64,000 bases of DNA from Camelus dromedarius (Eukaryota), in the NCBI RefSeq assembly GCF_036321535.1, contig NC_087436.1, positions 32,862,001 to 32,926,000 on the forward strand. The letters run 5' to 3'. Positions 39,921 to 53,059 of this stretch are shown here, one piece after another (within the stretch, counting starts at the first letter, position 1; each line of letters starts with the position of its first letter). Position numbers and translations under genes: made by a program. The notes beneath the pieces were generated by a model that saw only the letters and a program-made list of their open reading frames with translations, did no database searches and was not told the origin of the DNA.

Positions 39921-40439
39921 CAAATAAACCAGTTCATGTTCTCAGGAAGCTTATGGTAAGTAGAATTTAGACAGAGATATGCAGATTTAAAAATTCAGTA
40001 TAAAAAGAGGATTGCCTCAGTGGAGATGTAGGTAAAAAGTTTGAAAAATACTAATTTTAGCCTAGTGCCCTAATGGCTCCCTTCCTATCTCTAACCTGCA
40101 GAAAGCTTTTACAAATTCCTTTTAATTAGCTCTGGGATTTTTCCATTCTCTGCTTCCCACCCTTCACTTAAAACCTTCGTTAGCTTTTGCCTTGTTTCCT
40201 CTGATTTCCCTCCTCTTGGCAAATTTTCCTTTCCCTTTCTCAGAAATACGCACATTTTAACAATCAGCCTGCTCTTAGGTGCCTGCTGTATTTCCTCCTG
40301 TTCCACTCTGGCCTCTCTCCCAATTGCATGGTCTGCAACCTGCCCCTGTACCACAGTCCTTTCCTTGGATGGAGCACTCCACTCTGGACCAGCAATTAGA
40401 GTAGGCTCTTGGAGTGGCCTTTTGCTATTCAAACTGATT

Positions 40440-40566
40440 GATACAGCAACTTATAAATCCATGGGAACTTGTAAGAAATGCAGAACCTTTGATTCCACCT
40501 TAGACCTACTGAATCAGTCTGAATCTTAATATGATCCCAAGTGATCTGTATCCTTGAGAAGCCCTG
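40440..40566. mobile_element. MER5A-like hAT-Charlie MITE
   Basis: CTTGTAAGAAATGCAGAA...AGACCTACTGAATCAG...CCCAAGTGATCTG...TTGAGAAGCCCTG. Confidence 0.75.
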
Positions 40567-40708
40567 GTCTAGGAGTTGAGATCTTACTGGAGCGTGGAAG
40601 GAGTTCAAGTTCACTTGGCAAGACAGGGAAGCTCTCACAGTGGAAGTAGTATTTTGATGATATTAGAGGAGTGAGTAGGGGTTTTCCAGGGAGGGGAAGG
40701 AGAATATC

Positions 40709-41194
40709 TGTATTAGGGTTCTGCAGGGAGACAGAATCAAGGAGATCTATATGAACAGATTTATTATAAGGTATTGGCTCACATGAATTTAGAGCCTGAG
40801 AAATCCCACGATATGCCACCTGCAAAATGGAGACCCTGGAAAGCCATTTGTGTAGTTTGAAGGCCTAAGGGTCAGAGAGCTGACAGTATAGGTTCCAGGC
40901 TGACCCTGAAGCCTGAGAACCAGGAGTGCCAAGGGCAATAGAAGATCAGTGTCCCAGCTCAAGTAGATGCGCAGACTTAATTCAGCCTTCCGCCTTTTTG
41001 TTCTCTTCAGGCCCTCAGTGGACTGAGTGATGCTCACACATATTGGGGAGGGCCGTCTGCTTTACTCAGTCTACAACCTCAGATGCTAACCTCTTCTGGA
41101 AACACCCTCACAGACACATCCAGAAATAATGTTTAACCAGCTGTCTGGTCATATTGTGCCCCGGGCAGGGTGACACATAAAATTAACTATCACA
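40709..41194 (-). mobile_element. MLT2 (ERVL) solo LTR
   Basis: TGTATTAGGGTTCTGCAGGGAGACAGAATC...TGACACATAAAATTAACTATCACA; homologous to the 8233-8775 copy. Confidence 0.92.
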
Positions 41195-41284
41195 GTATTC
41201 CATGCTGGGAAAACATCATGTGCAGTGTCATAACTGAGGAAGTACTAGTTCAGTTTTTCTAGAGCATAACGTGAGAGAGCTGGA

Positions 41285-41515
41285 TATGGTCGTTTTAAAA
41301 CATGATTGTAACTTCTTTGACACTCCTCCCATCAAATGTACCATCAAGTGTACCTTGAATCTGGGTGGACTTGTGGCTGCTTTGTCTAGTAGAGTGTTGT
41401 AGACACGATGCTGACTTCCAGGACTAGGTTATAAAAGACCACGCAACTTTTACATGCTTATGAAACTCTGAGCCACCATGTAAGGTATTTGAATAACCTG
41501 AGGCTGTCATGCTAG
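41285..41515 (+). mobile_element. MLT1 (MaLR) LTR 5' fragment
   Basis: TTCTTTGACACTCCTCCCATCAA...CCTTGAATCTGGGTGGACTTGTGGCTGCTTTG...AGCCACCATGTAAG. Confidence 0.75.
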
Positions 41516-44454
41516 TATGTGTTAGGATTCATTCAGGGGTTTAGTAGGGAAACATGATATTCTCAAGACCATTGGCAAGGTAACCTAGTTAAAAAGCTAC
41601 TGCAATTTGTTTGAAGAAAAATAAGGTTTCAGATTAGGAAAGTGTTATTCAGAATGTAGAGAATACATCTGAAAACCACTTAGGAAGTTAAGTTTGCAGA
41701 ACTTGATTGATTAGATATAAGAATCAGGTAAAACATCTCATTTGGAGTTTGGATTATTGGAATTGCCATTTATAAAAATAGGAACGTAGAAAGAGAAGGA
41801 GATGCTTTGTGGAAAGAAAACAAGTGTATGCCTCTGGACATACCAGTTAGAGACATATAAATCACAGTTGAGTTTGGGTTGATACCAATTAATGTATATG
41901 CCATAATTTCACATGTATTCTTTCACTCTTGCCAATTCTGAATAATTGGTGGTAGCTGTCTGGAAGGATGACTTGAGGATTCTGAGAGTGGTCTTGGCTT
42001 GATGGGAGGAAAAGGCATCATCAATGATGTTTACCTAGAGCAAAGCCAAGGAGAATGATTATTTGCCTGGGTATATTTGCCTACTTTGATAGCAGTCGTG
42101 AAAGTGTCAAGATTTTATGATATTGAAATGTAATGAGAATCAAATTGAGGTGCCATGGGGAACAACAACATTTATCTATTTTGAAGCCTTCCTATTCTTT
42201 GTTTAGTATGATGAAGTCTGAAAAAATATCCGTCTAACTCATCATTATTTATGGCATAATGCTCTTTGGGGACTGACTCACTATGATCCTGGATAACTAT
42301 AAGAGCTGACAATGGTGAGGGAGTGTTGTAGGCTTCCAGCTAAGTAAAAGCAATGGGAAGAAGTAGAATAATGGAATTAAAGAATTGGAAAGAAGTTTGG
42401 AGTTTGGTCATTCCAGTCCTCTCATTTTACTGAGAAGGAGATTGAAGCTTGAGAAGATGTGCCTTGCCTAAGATCACTTAGATTTATAAGCTCTGTAGTT
42501 CCTTTGAAATGTCTGTAATAAATTTTTCTTCTTATGACAGAGCCAGTACTGGAAGGTAGCCTAACTGTACTGTGATGACATTGGCTTATGATGAACTGGA
42601 TCAGTTGCACAGCAGAAAGAAATTACTATGTAACTACCCAGGGTGAATCAAGGATTCCTTCCACTTGAGGATATCTATTCCCACCCATGACTATCAGAAG
42701 CTGTTCTCCTGCTAGCTGAAGAGCCCAGAAGATACCTTCACATTTTCAGTGAAGGATAATAGATGGTTGGGAGAGTTTCCAGAATGGCAGTGTCTGTAAC
42801 ATCTGTAGCCTCAGAACTTAGGAAGAGCAAGTACAAAATGTTTTTTTGCAAATGTTTTTCATGAATTTAAGACCTAACCTGTTTAACAGATTGTCTTGCT
42901 TAAAAAACATGACTGGTTTTAGCTGACAAGTTGGATTTTATGTCTGATTGATCCCAGCTGCCAGTTGTCAAAGCCAGAGGATGTTCCAAATTGGCAGTCC
43001 CCAAAGACCTTTTGAGTTGATTGGTTTAAAGTGGGGAAAGGCAGATTTAAGGGTGGAGAGAATAGTTTAATAAGGCTAATATGATTTTGAAAATATTTGA
43101 AATACAAATATCCATTAGGACTTACAAAACATTAAAATAGTCTTAAGCTATATTCTGCTTTGTGGGTTGTTCTAATGCTTCCTAAGGTTGTAGGTGCCCT
43201 CTTTCATCATTTATTTACTTCTTATTGGATTTTCTAATAGTAAAACCCTACTCATATTTAAGTAGTGAAAAGGGTATAAATATATCTTGACTGTGTCAAA
43301 GTTTGAATTATGTACTTTCTTAAGAAAGAAGTTATATTTGAGTTAATGAAAGTATTCTTACTTTGACAAAACCACCATGCATCTGTATCTTAAGAAAGGC
43401 ACGATGAGACCTGTTACTTGGATAGATTCTTGAGTGGTGAATGAAACTGTTGTTTAAAATTTAATTTTTAAATTTTGTTGTGAGATCTAAGTCCCTATTT
43501 GAGCATGTTACTGTTTTTAAGAATGCTAATAAGGCTAATGATACCACCATTTACTTTAACTCTTTATGCCTTATCTCCCATGATTTGTTCCTGTCTCATT
43601 GAATTACAAAGGTAAAGTGAGCTAACCCATGCAAAATGCTTAGAATAGTGCTCGTCACATGACTGAGGCTTGCTAAGTGCTATTATAATTACAAATCACA
43701 GCATTATAGAGGAAATGTTATAAATATATTTGGTCAAGTACATAATAGAACTCTGAGTTAATAGCTAAAGTGCAATTTAGTTAAAAAAAATCAGTAATTA
43801 CTCTTCAGAAGTTCACATGCTTAGTTCTTTTAACAGTAGTTAGAAAAGATCATCCATGATTGGTCTAACTATATGATGAAATAACAAATATTTAGTTCAC
43901 GCATGTTGGCATTTCCACTTTTGACTGTGTTTTGTAGTCAAAGTGGCCTTGGTACTGGGTTTTATCCAGACACTGAGTTTCTAGAGGTGAAACCCTGCTT
44001 AAAGAAAAAACATTAATTAGGTATCTAGTTATTTGGATTGGTGATATCTTCTTATCTTCCTCCCTGTTGCTTAAAGGGAGATGGCTGTCTCTCTTAATTG
44101 TCTTTATGGCCCCATTGGAAGAGAAGTCAAATAAACAGTTTTAATATTGAATTAAATAAACAGCGAAGGTCACTGTCAGTGCTTAACTAAACTAGTTATT
44201 TAAGGGAAAGCATGAAATGGAAGCTTAGAGTTCTGTCACTTACCCAAAAGAAAAATTCCCATTGAAAGGAAAATATTACCAAATCTACTGAACAATAAAT
44301 ACTTTAAGAAACTAAAGTCAAATTCTGAGAGTATGACTATGTACATTTTATTATTTAAATACAGTGTCTGGACTCAGTTTAAGCTTACTCTAGCAGAAAG
44401 CCATAATATTATATTGAAGTAGTCAAGGTTAGTATTTTAAATACCAGACTTCCT

Positions 44455-44530
44455 AGTCTCTCCTCTCCTCTCCTTTCCTCCCCTCTCCTCTCTCTACCTG
44501 CTCTCTCTCTCTCCTCCACCTTCTCTCTCT
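44455..44530. repeat. Polypyrimidine (CT/CCTCT) tract
   Basis: Directly visible ~75-bp pyrimidine-rich run. Confidence 0.8.
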
Positions 44531-44689
44531 CATGTATATATAAACACACATAATACATACATATTGGAAAAGGGTATTGACAGGAAAAGGAAAATTCAAC
44601 CAAGTAATTATTGTCTGTTGTACCAAGGACTTTGGCACAATTATTTCTGGTAGGCATCATCAGGAAGACCAGGTGACTCTACCACCCCT

Positions 44690-45060
44690 ATACATTAGCA
44701 TGCATTTTGTAGAACTTTACAGAAATTTTTGTAATTTCTATCTCTAATTTATTATTTTTATATCTAAGCAGTATTTCATTGGATGGATCATCATCATTTA
44801 TCTGCTCACCTTCTGATGGGCATTTGGATTGCTTCCACTTTTGTCCATTACAAAAAAAGCTGTTGTGAATGTTATCTTAAAATTTCACTTCTTTTGGATA
44901 GATAATTAGGAATGGAATTCCTGGATCATATGGTGTGAGAATGTTCACATTTTTAAGCACTTTTTTCCTAAGTGGTTGCACAGTTTTACATTTCTACCAG
45001 TAGTGCATGACAGTTTCTGTTCCCCCAACATTTCCCATCGCTCATCAAGACTTGGTATAG
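44690..45060 (-). mobile_element. Old LINE-1 3' fragment
   Basis: GATGGGCATTTGGATTGCTTCCAC...GGAATTCCTGGATCATATGG...AAGTGGTTGCACAGTTTTACATT. Confidence 0.8.
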
Positions 45061-45760
45061 TGATAAAATGAAAGGATAAGTGGAAGGCAGACAGAGACTC
45101 AGATACCCAGTTAAAGAATTTAACTTTCATCAAAGACCTGTTTAAAGTTTTAGAATATGTTGTGGGGGCAAGATGTATAAGGTGATTTAGGAAGGTAGGT
45201 CTCTTATGGTGTGTGCAAGAGAGTTATGGTAGGGAAAGGCTGACGGTTGGGCATCCAGCTTAGGTGCTTGAAATAGTTCAGGCATGAGAAGATAAATGAA
45301 CCAGTGAGATGGGGGTGAAAATGGAAAGGAAGAAGGAAAAGAAGTTTGAAGGAAGAATTAATGAAAGAAGTTTTATTTTATTTTTATTTCTTATAGGAAT
45401 GGAAAGAGAAGTTCACTTGCACTTTTCTAGCTTGAGAGACGAGAAGAGTGATGTCATTGATAGTAATAGAAAAGTCGGAGCTGTATTTTGGGGAAAGAGA
45501 ATGAGAAAGAGAATGAGTGAGATTTAGACATGTTGAATTTGAAGTGCGTGCAACTCTATCCCAGGCATATTTTATTTATATGTAGATGTATATACTTCCA
45601 CATGAGTTTCAGGTGGCCATATAAACATGTAGAAGAGGAACTCTGGAAATAAGTTAGAGACAAAAGCTTCCAGTTAGGTGGAGACAAGGAAGGAAAGAAG
45701 GATGTAGAACTGGGGCTGGGGGAATTTAAGGAGGGCTGCAAAGGAGCAGCATGGAAGCAT
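45060..45760 (-). mobile_element. Old LINE-2 fragment
   Basis: Purine-rich antisense L2 text including TTTAGACATGTTGAATTTGAAGTGC. Confidence 0.6.
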
Positions 45761-47099
45761 ATATTTGGGAAGCTTTCCCCACAGAAGTGTTAGTTCAGGT
45801 TGGGAGGTATGGATGACCACTCCAGAGGTCATTCATGGTTTTTCAAAAGGCCATTTCAGGCATGTCTTTATTGAGAATCCTGTTATGTTTGCAATTTTTA
45901 TCATTTTCCAAGGTGGTAGGCATGAACTATGCCAATCTCTGTCCAATTTTTTTTTTCTTGCTTGGTTTTCCTCAAATCCCACCATTGCTGGGAATGATCT
46001 TGTCTATATTTCTCTGTTGGTGTTGCCTAGGGTTATACAGCCAGGAATTTGATCCTACTGTTGTATCTTTAAAAGATGATTCCAGGATTAAAATCCATAG
46101 TGTTGCATGCAATGTTAATGAGCCTTAGGGAAAGGTAAGTTAAAATTTAGCTTTAGGGAAATTATGCTTTGGGCATTTCTTACTGCATTTAGAAATCATA
46201 TTTAAAATGAATCATGCCAAATAGAAGAAAAAAGTCTCTTAGAATTTGTGAACTAGAATAATGCTTTATGGACTCCTGGCAAATTGTGTATGACAGTGAG
46301 GGAGTTAAAATATCGCACCTACCTTGTTGCCGTAGAGCAAGTTCCTGTGGGAAAGACTTGAATGATCATGATGATGTATGTCTTGATGAGGACTTCCCAC
46401 TCCAGTCCCACCCACACCTAGCCACACATGCTGAGACTGCCTACTTCATCATGAAATGCTAATATAGTGATACTTCTTAACAGTTTATAAGAGAGAAAGT
46501 GTTTAAGTGTTATTTTTTAAAAAGAAAACACACTGTAATGATGTCTCAGGGGACGTAATGAGCTATGCTGAATTCCTGCCAGCGCTTCCAGTCTAAAGTG
46601 GTTGATTTAAATATAGTGCCTGCTGTGAATTGAGACAAAAATAAAAATTTTTTTGTTGATTTTTCCTCCATTTTCTTTTAGATAGAGTAACATTGTTTAT
46701 GTCAATATTAGCATTTCTTGAACGCCAGTATTTCTTACCTTGTGTTAGAATAAGATTTAGCACAACTGTCATATGTTTCCTGATCCCAGTTTGTACATAC
46801 GCCTTTTAATGGCCTTAATAACCTTTTGCTATGAGTCAAGGTATTGTTACGATTTATATATTAATCTATTTAGATTCATTACATATTAACATTTTGCACT
46901 CACTAACTAGATTTTTGGTCTATAGGATTAGAACATTGCAGGTGGCCTTGCTTGGGTACATATAGCACAAAGCAACATTATTAGGGTAACAGTTTTCAGC
47001 AGGTTTATTTAGCTAAGTTTGTAGTAGTATAGTTTCACTTAAATTCTGTCATCATCCCAAAAGTTTATAATTGAACTCAATCATGAAGAGTGCCAAAAG

Positions 47100-47320
47100 C
47101 AGTGGATCATGATGGTTAGAAGCGTGGGTCTGGAATCAGACCCTCCCACTGGATGGTGCTTCCTCAGTGGATGCTTTTCTTAACTTTGGCAGTTTCTTAA
47201 CCGTGCTTTAGTTTCCTCAAATGTAAAATCACAATAAAATAGTAAATGTTTGAATGGGTTGTTGGGAGTAACAGTGCCTGGTACAGAGGAAGTAGTAAGT
47301 GGATGTTAGCAGATAACAAC
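47100..47320 (+). mobile_element. MIR SINE
   Basis: GGTTAGAAGCGTGGGTCTGGAATCAGAC...TTTAGTTTCCTCAAATGTAAAAT...CAGTGCCTGGTACAGAG. Confidence 0.75.
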
Positions 47321-47458
47321 AACAAAAACAAATAAACGAGAATCTTAATCATCCAGCTCTGAGGCTTAATCACAGATTTTCTCTCTGCATGTAGGTAGGG
47401 TACTCATTCATTCAGGGCCACATCCTGGTTAAGTTCTTAAACTTCCGTGAAAGACTGC

Positions 47459-48062
47459 TGTATCAGTGCCCTATTGCTGCATTACAAATCACCCCAAACT
47501 TTTGTGGTTTAAAACAACATAAATGATTTTTTAAATCTCAGATGGCTTCTGTGCTCAGGAATTCAGAAGTCACTGAGCTTGGCAGTTTTGGCCTGGGTCT
47601 CTCATGCTATTATGGTAAGATTGTGCCTAGAGCCAAGGATCTCTTGAATCCTTCACTCATATGTCAGGTTGTGAGGAATGAGGACTCCAACAGCTTGGGA
47701 CTGGACTAGTGAGGTCTCCTCAGACATCTCTCTGTCTATGTATTCTCTTCATGTGACTTCCAGTATGCTAGCATCAGGTTGGCCAGACTTCTTAAATGTT
47801 GCCTCTGAACTCCCAAGTTACATATCCTAGAAGAGAGAGAGAGAGAGGGGTAGAGACTGTCTCATCTTTTATGACCAAGCCTAGGAAGTCAGTGTTCCTT
47901 TCAACACAGCCCATTGCTCGAAGCAGTTTGAAGGTCCACCATGTTCAAAGTGAGGGAGCATAGAACCTGCTTCTTCATGGAGAAGTGTAAACATCACACT
48001 CTAAGAGAGAATGTGGAGTAGTAGGCATATGTATATATTCTTGGAAAATAAAACATGCCACA
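47459..48062 (-). mobile_element. MLT1 (MaLR) solo LTR
   Basis: TGTATCAGTGCCCTATTGCTGCATTACAAATCACCCCAAAC...AAACATGCCACA; flanks ACTGC/GCTGC (4/5 TSD). Confidence 0.88.
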
Positions 48063-48623
48063 GCTGCCATGCCCACTGGTACTTAGATGGTTGTCTAATG
48101 TGGGTAACTGGCTTTTAAGAACCTGGTTAAATAATATGGCATCAAACTCTCTGCTGCTCTGTGCTCATCAAAACCTCAGTTGTGAGAAATAATATTCAGG
48201 GAGGATTTAAAAAATTATCATGCCTTTTGTCCCTGGATTAAACTACGTTGTCAGAGAACTCTTTGAGTCCTTATAGAAACGCTTTACCTGACTTTCCCTT
48301 TGACCTTAAACCACAGGCATGCTTTAGAGGAGGCTATAAAAACTGGCCGTATTCAAATTACTGATGCACTGAATATAGAGATCTAATATTCTCTACCCCC
48401 TCTTCTGCTGATGTTTCTCTTCTCAATTTTTATGCACCTATTTCCTTAAATTAGAAATCTGTCTGCCTTCCTTGACTTCACCTTTTACTTCATAGCCAAC
48501 TCATCACCAAGTTTTCTTGTGTATACTACTTCAAATCTGTATCTTTCTTTCCACATATATCTGAAAATGATCTTGCACTAAAGAAGATCAAAGCCTAGAT
48601 TTGGTTTTAGTCTCTCATTTGTT

Positions 48624-48690
48624 GTTAAAACTTGTGAGAAAAACAAAGCACAAAGTAGCATATTTTAAGAAGCATTTTCTCATTGGGTTT
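48624..48690 (+). repeat. 67-bp direct repeat, copy 1 (partner 49879-49945)
   Basis: 66/67 identical to 49879-49945. Confidence 0.95.
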
Positions 48691-48879
48691 CTCCCAACAA
48701 ATTTCTTAGAGTATTGAACCACAAGCATAGTACTCATTGGCCTGATGATTACATTTCGTGTTGAACTAACTGATCGTTATCTATCTTATCCCTGGAGGTT
48801 TTATTTTTGTGTCACTTTTACGTATAAAACTTTGTTGATTATGACTATAATTTTTGGACTGTGGTACATAAGGTTGATA

Positions 48880-49200
48880 TAATCATATTTCTTAGCTCAT
48901 TGTACAGGGTCATCATTGACCCACGCAGGATTTATTTTCTAACAGTTTGTATCTTTAGCTTCATTCTCCACTCTTGCCTCCCGCACTACCATAGATAGCT
49001 CTGTGAATGCATTCACCGTGTATCCTTTTATTTTGATATATACACTTACTAAATCTTATTATTGCTTTGTGCACATGTATTTTACATTTACATAAGTGAT
49101 ATTCTAGATATCTTATTCTGTTTCTTATATTAAAAATTTCACTTAGGAGTATTTGTTCAAGATATATCTAGGTTATTGTGAGTAAATCTAGTCCATTACT
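48880..49200 (-). mobile_element. Old L1 (L1ME-like) 3' fragment
   Basis: TTTTACATTTACATAAGTGATATTC...ATCTAGTCCATTACTT-type text. Confidence 0.5.
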
Positions 49201-49878
49201 TCAAACTATCTTCAAAGTAGTTAAAAGTTTCTTTTCACTTAACTTTAACTATTCTGCTTTTTTCTTCCGCACAGTTAGGACAGAAGTGTCGGTCTGCTAT
49301 TCCTGAAATGTAATTTAAACTTACAGTTTAATTATAAACGTAAAGTTTATAATAGCTTAAAAAAGTATCGATTTCCTTCTTTTTTTCAATTATGCTGCTT
49401 TTGTGCTCATCTTTATATGTCAAACCTGTCATTGAAGGATAGCTAGCTTTATTCCTAAGAAACCTTGTCCTGTTTAAGACCCTTCATTTAACCCTTTCTT
49501 GCCAAGCAAATATTTAAAAAGAATCAAAAACAGTGGCACACTGAACTCAGGGCTCTGACTATTGATATCTGAAACTGATTTTAGGACAGTATTTAACAAA
49601 TACTTTACAAATTTGTGTCTGGCAGTTTAATTGAATATTTTCCTAATCATGGAATTAAAGCATCAGCAACTAAGTGTTTATTCATTCTGACTATTTACCA
49701 CCCGCTTGACAGCCTACTTGGGTAAAGGGAGGTAATTTCCCTCTTTGGCTTGTCTTGGCATATGTTTGCTGGCTTTCACTAGCAGCACTATGGAGCAATC
49801 TGAAATAAATTAGTATCAGTGGAATGGAAATCTTAGTGATTTAAGTATCACTGTATACTTAAACATGCTATGTTTGGG

Positions 49879-49945
49879 GTTAAAACTTGTGAGAAAAACA
49901 AAGCACAAAGTAGCATATTTTAAGAAGCATTTTCTCCTTGGGTTT
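49879..49945 (+). repeat. 67-bp direct repeat, copy 2, flanked by an 18-bp inverted repeat
   Basis: Copy of 48624-48690; IR arms 49852-49869 and 49947-49964 (17/18). Confidence 0.95.
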
Positions 49946-52900
49946 AAGTATGTTTAAGTATACACATGTCTAGTATAGACAGCATGTCTGAAGCTCTACA
50001 TTATTCTCCTGGCTGCATCTTCTTGTTCCCTGTCTTTCCAGGTTTCTGCCAATAAAGTCCTAAGTAGTTGACTTTTTACATGAGATCTTGAAATCAAAAA
50101 AGACTTTAAACTTTTGGACAGAAGGATTGTTTTGTTAACCTAATGAAAGTTTAGGTCTTGGTGGGTCCACATTGAAACAGATTAGAGCCTTGGGTAGAAA
50201 ATGGAATTTACTTACTGTTCATCTTAGTCTTAAGTGGAAGAATGTTACTTGCATAAGTTTGTATCTACAGACAAATAAGGCAGGTATTACTTAAAGATTT
50301 TGTGGATAGCATATGGGCAAAATCTAATGGAAACAGTTTCTTTTTGGTCTTGTACTTGGCAAGTACACTAAAAATAGGAAAGGCAGAGAAATGAACACAG
50401 GTTTAGTCTTGTTGACAAGAATCAATTGTTTGATTGTGCATGACAGGTTCTCTTTGCCTAGTGCCCTTTTTTCCTTCTTCTCCTTCTCTTGCCATTTTCT
50501 GTGCCCTCCCTTTTCCCCCTAGCCCTTCTGCTTGGCACAGAACTCTGGATAACCATCAGGGAGGGATAGGTCAAGTTAGAATTGCTGATGGTGAACATAT
50601 TTGTTAGGCAAACATAAGAAGTCATAAACACTGCCTTGCTGGCAAATAGAGAGCTGACGGAAAGGAGACAGATCCTGTGTTTTCACTAGTGCTCTTCTTA
50701 CTCAGAGAGCATAACGCCATTGACAAGTTAGGAAATGCACCTCCCCTCATCCTCTCTTGCCAGGAAAAACACAACCTTTGGAGAATAGGGGCATAAGAAA
50801 CTGCTGGCGTAAGGCCTTTCTGCGCCTGCTGGCACTTGAAGTCTCCATTGCTGTGGTTAGTTTTGCTGCTCATTCTTGGTCTTCGTGCGCGTGACTGGCC
50901 TGATTTATCTTTCATTACTCCAGGGCTGCACAGCTCATGAGGATTTGAGCACAAAAAACTTTCTCCTGAGATTACTGAAAGGTCTTTCCCTCTTGAACTG
51001 AAGCAGAAATAACTTGTGATGCTTTTTGAATTTCAATGATACTTCTACTGTATAGCAGCAGCCGTGTTTTACCAAAACAACAGCAAAAACAACCGCCCTA
51101 ACAGTGATAAAAGCAACTTAGTACCGGAGGTGTAAGTTTAGGTTGCTTTCAGTTTAATTTATATTGTGTCACTTTCATTTTTAATAGATTTTATGATATC
51201 CCTATGAACCATGCAGCCAGTTAGAAATGGGATCTTTCTTAGATCAAGATGAAAAGTTTTCCCCCCCTAGGAAAAGCTATGCAAAGCTAGTAAAAACATT
51301 CAAATTCTTAAATAATCGAATCACCCATTAATCAGAATTTTTTAACCCTGTAATTTTATAAGAAATAGGCAGAAGGACAATAAGTGCCTGTCAATGATGA
51401 CTTTATACTAAAGTCTTGTAACAATAACCTAGTGTCAGTACAGCTCTGTCTCAGTTTCTTAACCTCTGACTTCATAGTTATAGCACCAGAGTTACTGATT
51501 CCCAAAAATATGACCTTAGGGACCATAAGTATCTGAATCATCAAATAGAGATTGAATTATATTCTCCATGCTGTATTTAATAAATCAGGAAAATAGACTA
51601 ATGCCTTTATAAACTTTTTTGATCCTAAGGGTTAAAATAGGAAGGATTTTTCTATTCAATTCTGACTTGACCAGAAAATTCAATGACTTAGAACATCTCC
51701 TTTCCTGAGAATTCCAATCAGTTGCGGTTTTGGAGTATTTACATGGAGTTCACGTTGCATGAGCCTCGTGGGATCATGTTGAACAGGCTCATATTCTCAT
51801 ACATCAGGGAACCTCAGTCTAAAGATGCTAGCTTCGTTCTCCAAAGGTGAGTGAGATTTAACTTCTGCCTTTGGAATCAGACCCATATGTGTATTAACAT
51901 CATCAGGATCCAGTCTCTCTTCCCCCACCACCCAGAACGAGGGAAATACCAAATCTACCCCAAGTTTAGGCTCTTTGGCCTCCTTTTTCTAGGACTCTAG
52001 ATTTTTCTCCCACTAGATTAACTACTTTCTATAGAGATACTAAACCCCTAAGGAAGGCTGTACTTGAAGCCCATTACAGGATAATGTTCCAAGAAAATCG
52101 TTCTTTTGAAGTTTGATTTGAGGCTTATGCTCCTCGTTAATACAGGCAGCGGGAAGGCGGAAGACCTGTCTCTGAAAAGGGCTTGTTATGAGCTGGGGAA
52201 GCAGCTTGAATCCTCAGCATGGAATACAGAGTTAAAAGCAGAGCCAGGCGAGATGTGAGATCAAGCCTGGAATTATGTATCTGTTAGTAATTTCAGACCC
52301 ACGTGGCTAGAGAGCAACAGCATACTTGTGCTCTTGCAGTTTTTTGAAAGACTGATCAGTGTGAGTTCAAGCAGGATTTTAACTTTTGATTTTTATACTA
52401 ATTCTAAGATTTTTCTTTTTTCTAAATTTAGCCATGCAAATATTCCTGTGAAATGCTTGAGTCAGGACACAGCTAGCTATTCTCACATATCATCAGAGTC
52501 TCTCCTCAGCATGAAGAAATAGCAGAGTAGGAAAGAATTCCTTTGGGGATGGAGCATACTTTGTAGTTTTTTTTTTTTTTTTTAAGTGAAAATTATCCAG
52601 GCAGAACTTGGTTGTCACTAAAGATGTTTGTTTTGGTTGGCAATCGGCATGTTTAGTCTGAGAGGCAGGGACTTTGGGCTCAGAGGTAAGGCCTGAAGGT
52701 GCATTGTCTCTAAACGGAGAGGGAGCAGAGAAACTGCTAGAACAAGGCAGTGATGGCTTCCGGTCTGTTTCCTAGTCAGTCTGATTTTTACTTCCTCAGA
52801 TGGAATTTGTTACGAGTGTGAAATGTGTACATGTTGTCCGTATATGCACTTGTATCTAGGCCTAGGGTTACAAGCAGTACTTGGGGTCGAGGTGACAGGA

Positions 52901-53059
52901 GGGAATTACATAGCGGTTCTTCTTTTGGAAGCTATGAGAGAGTTTTCTGAAGGGGAAAGCAGAGTGGATTTGAACCACTCTAGAGAACCACTCCAGCTTT
53001 TTCCTCCTCATTTTCTCTTATCTTGTTTCTTCCGTTCTTCACTCTATTTAATTTATGAA

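Noticed and set aside
46077..46134. Strong donor AAG|GTAAGT at ~46134 with a short upstream frame
   Set aside because: No convincing acceptor or recognisable peptide; an isolated donor is insufficient.
50815..50835. CTCF-like motif (GCCAGCAGGCGCAG on -)
   Set aside because: The 3' half deviates from the core consensus; cannot be supported without a PWM score.
51715..51760. AVLEYLH peptide resembling histone H2A or kinase subdomain VIa
   Set aside because: Only ~6 residues match, the frame is bounded by stops, and there is no flanking similarity.
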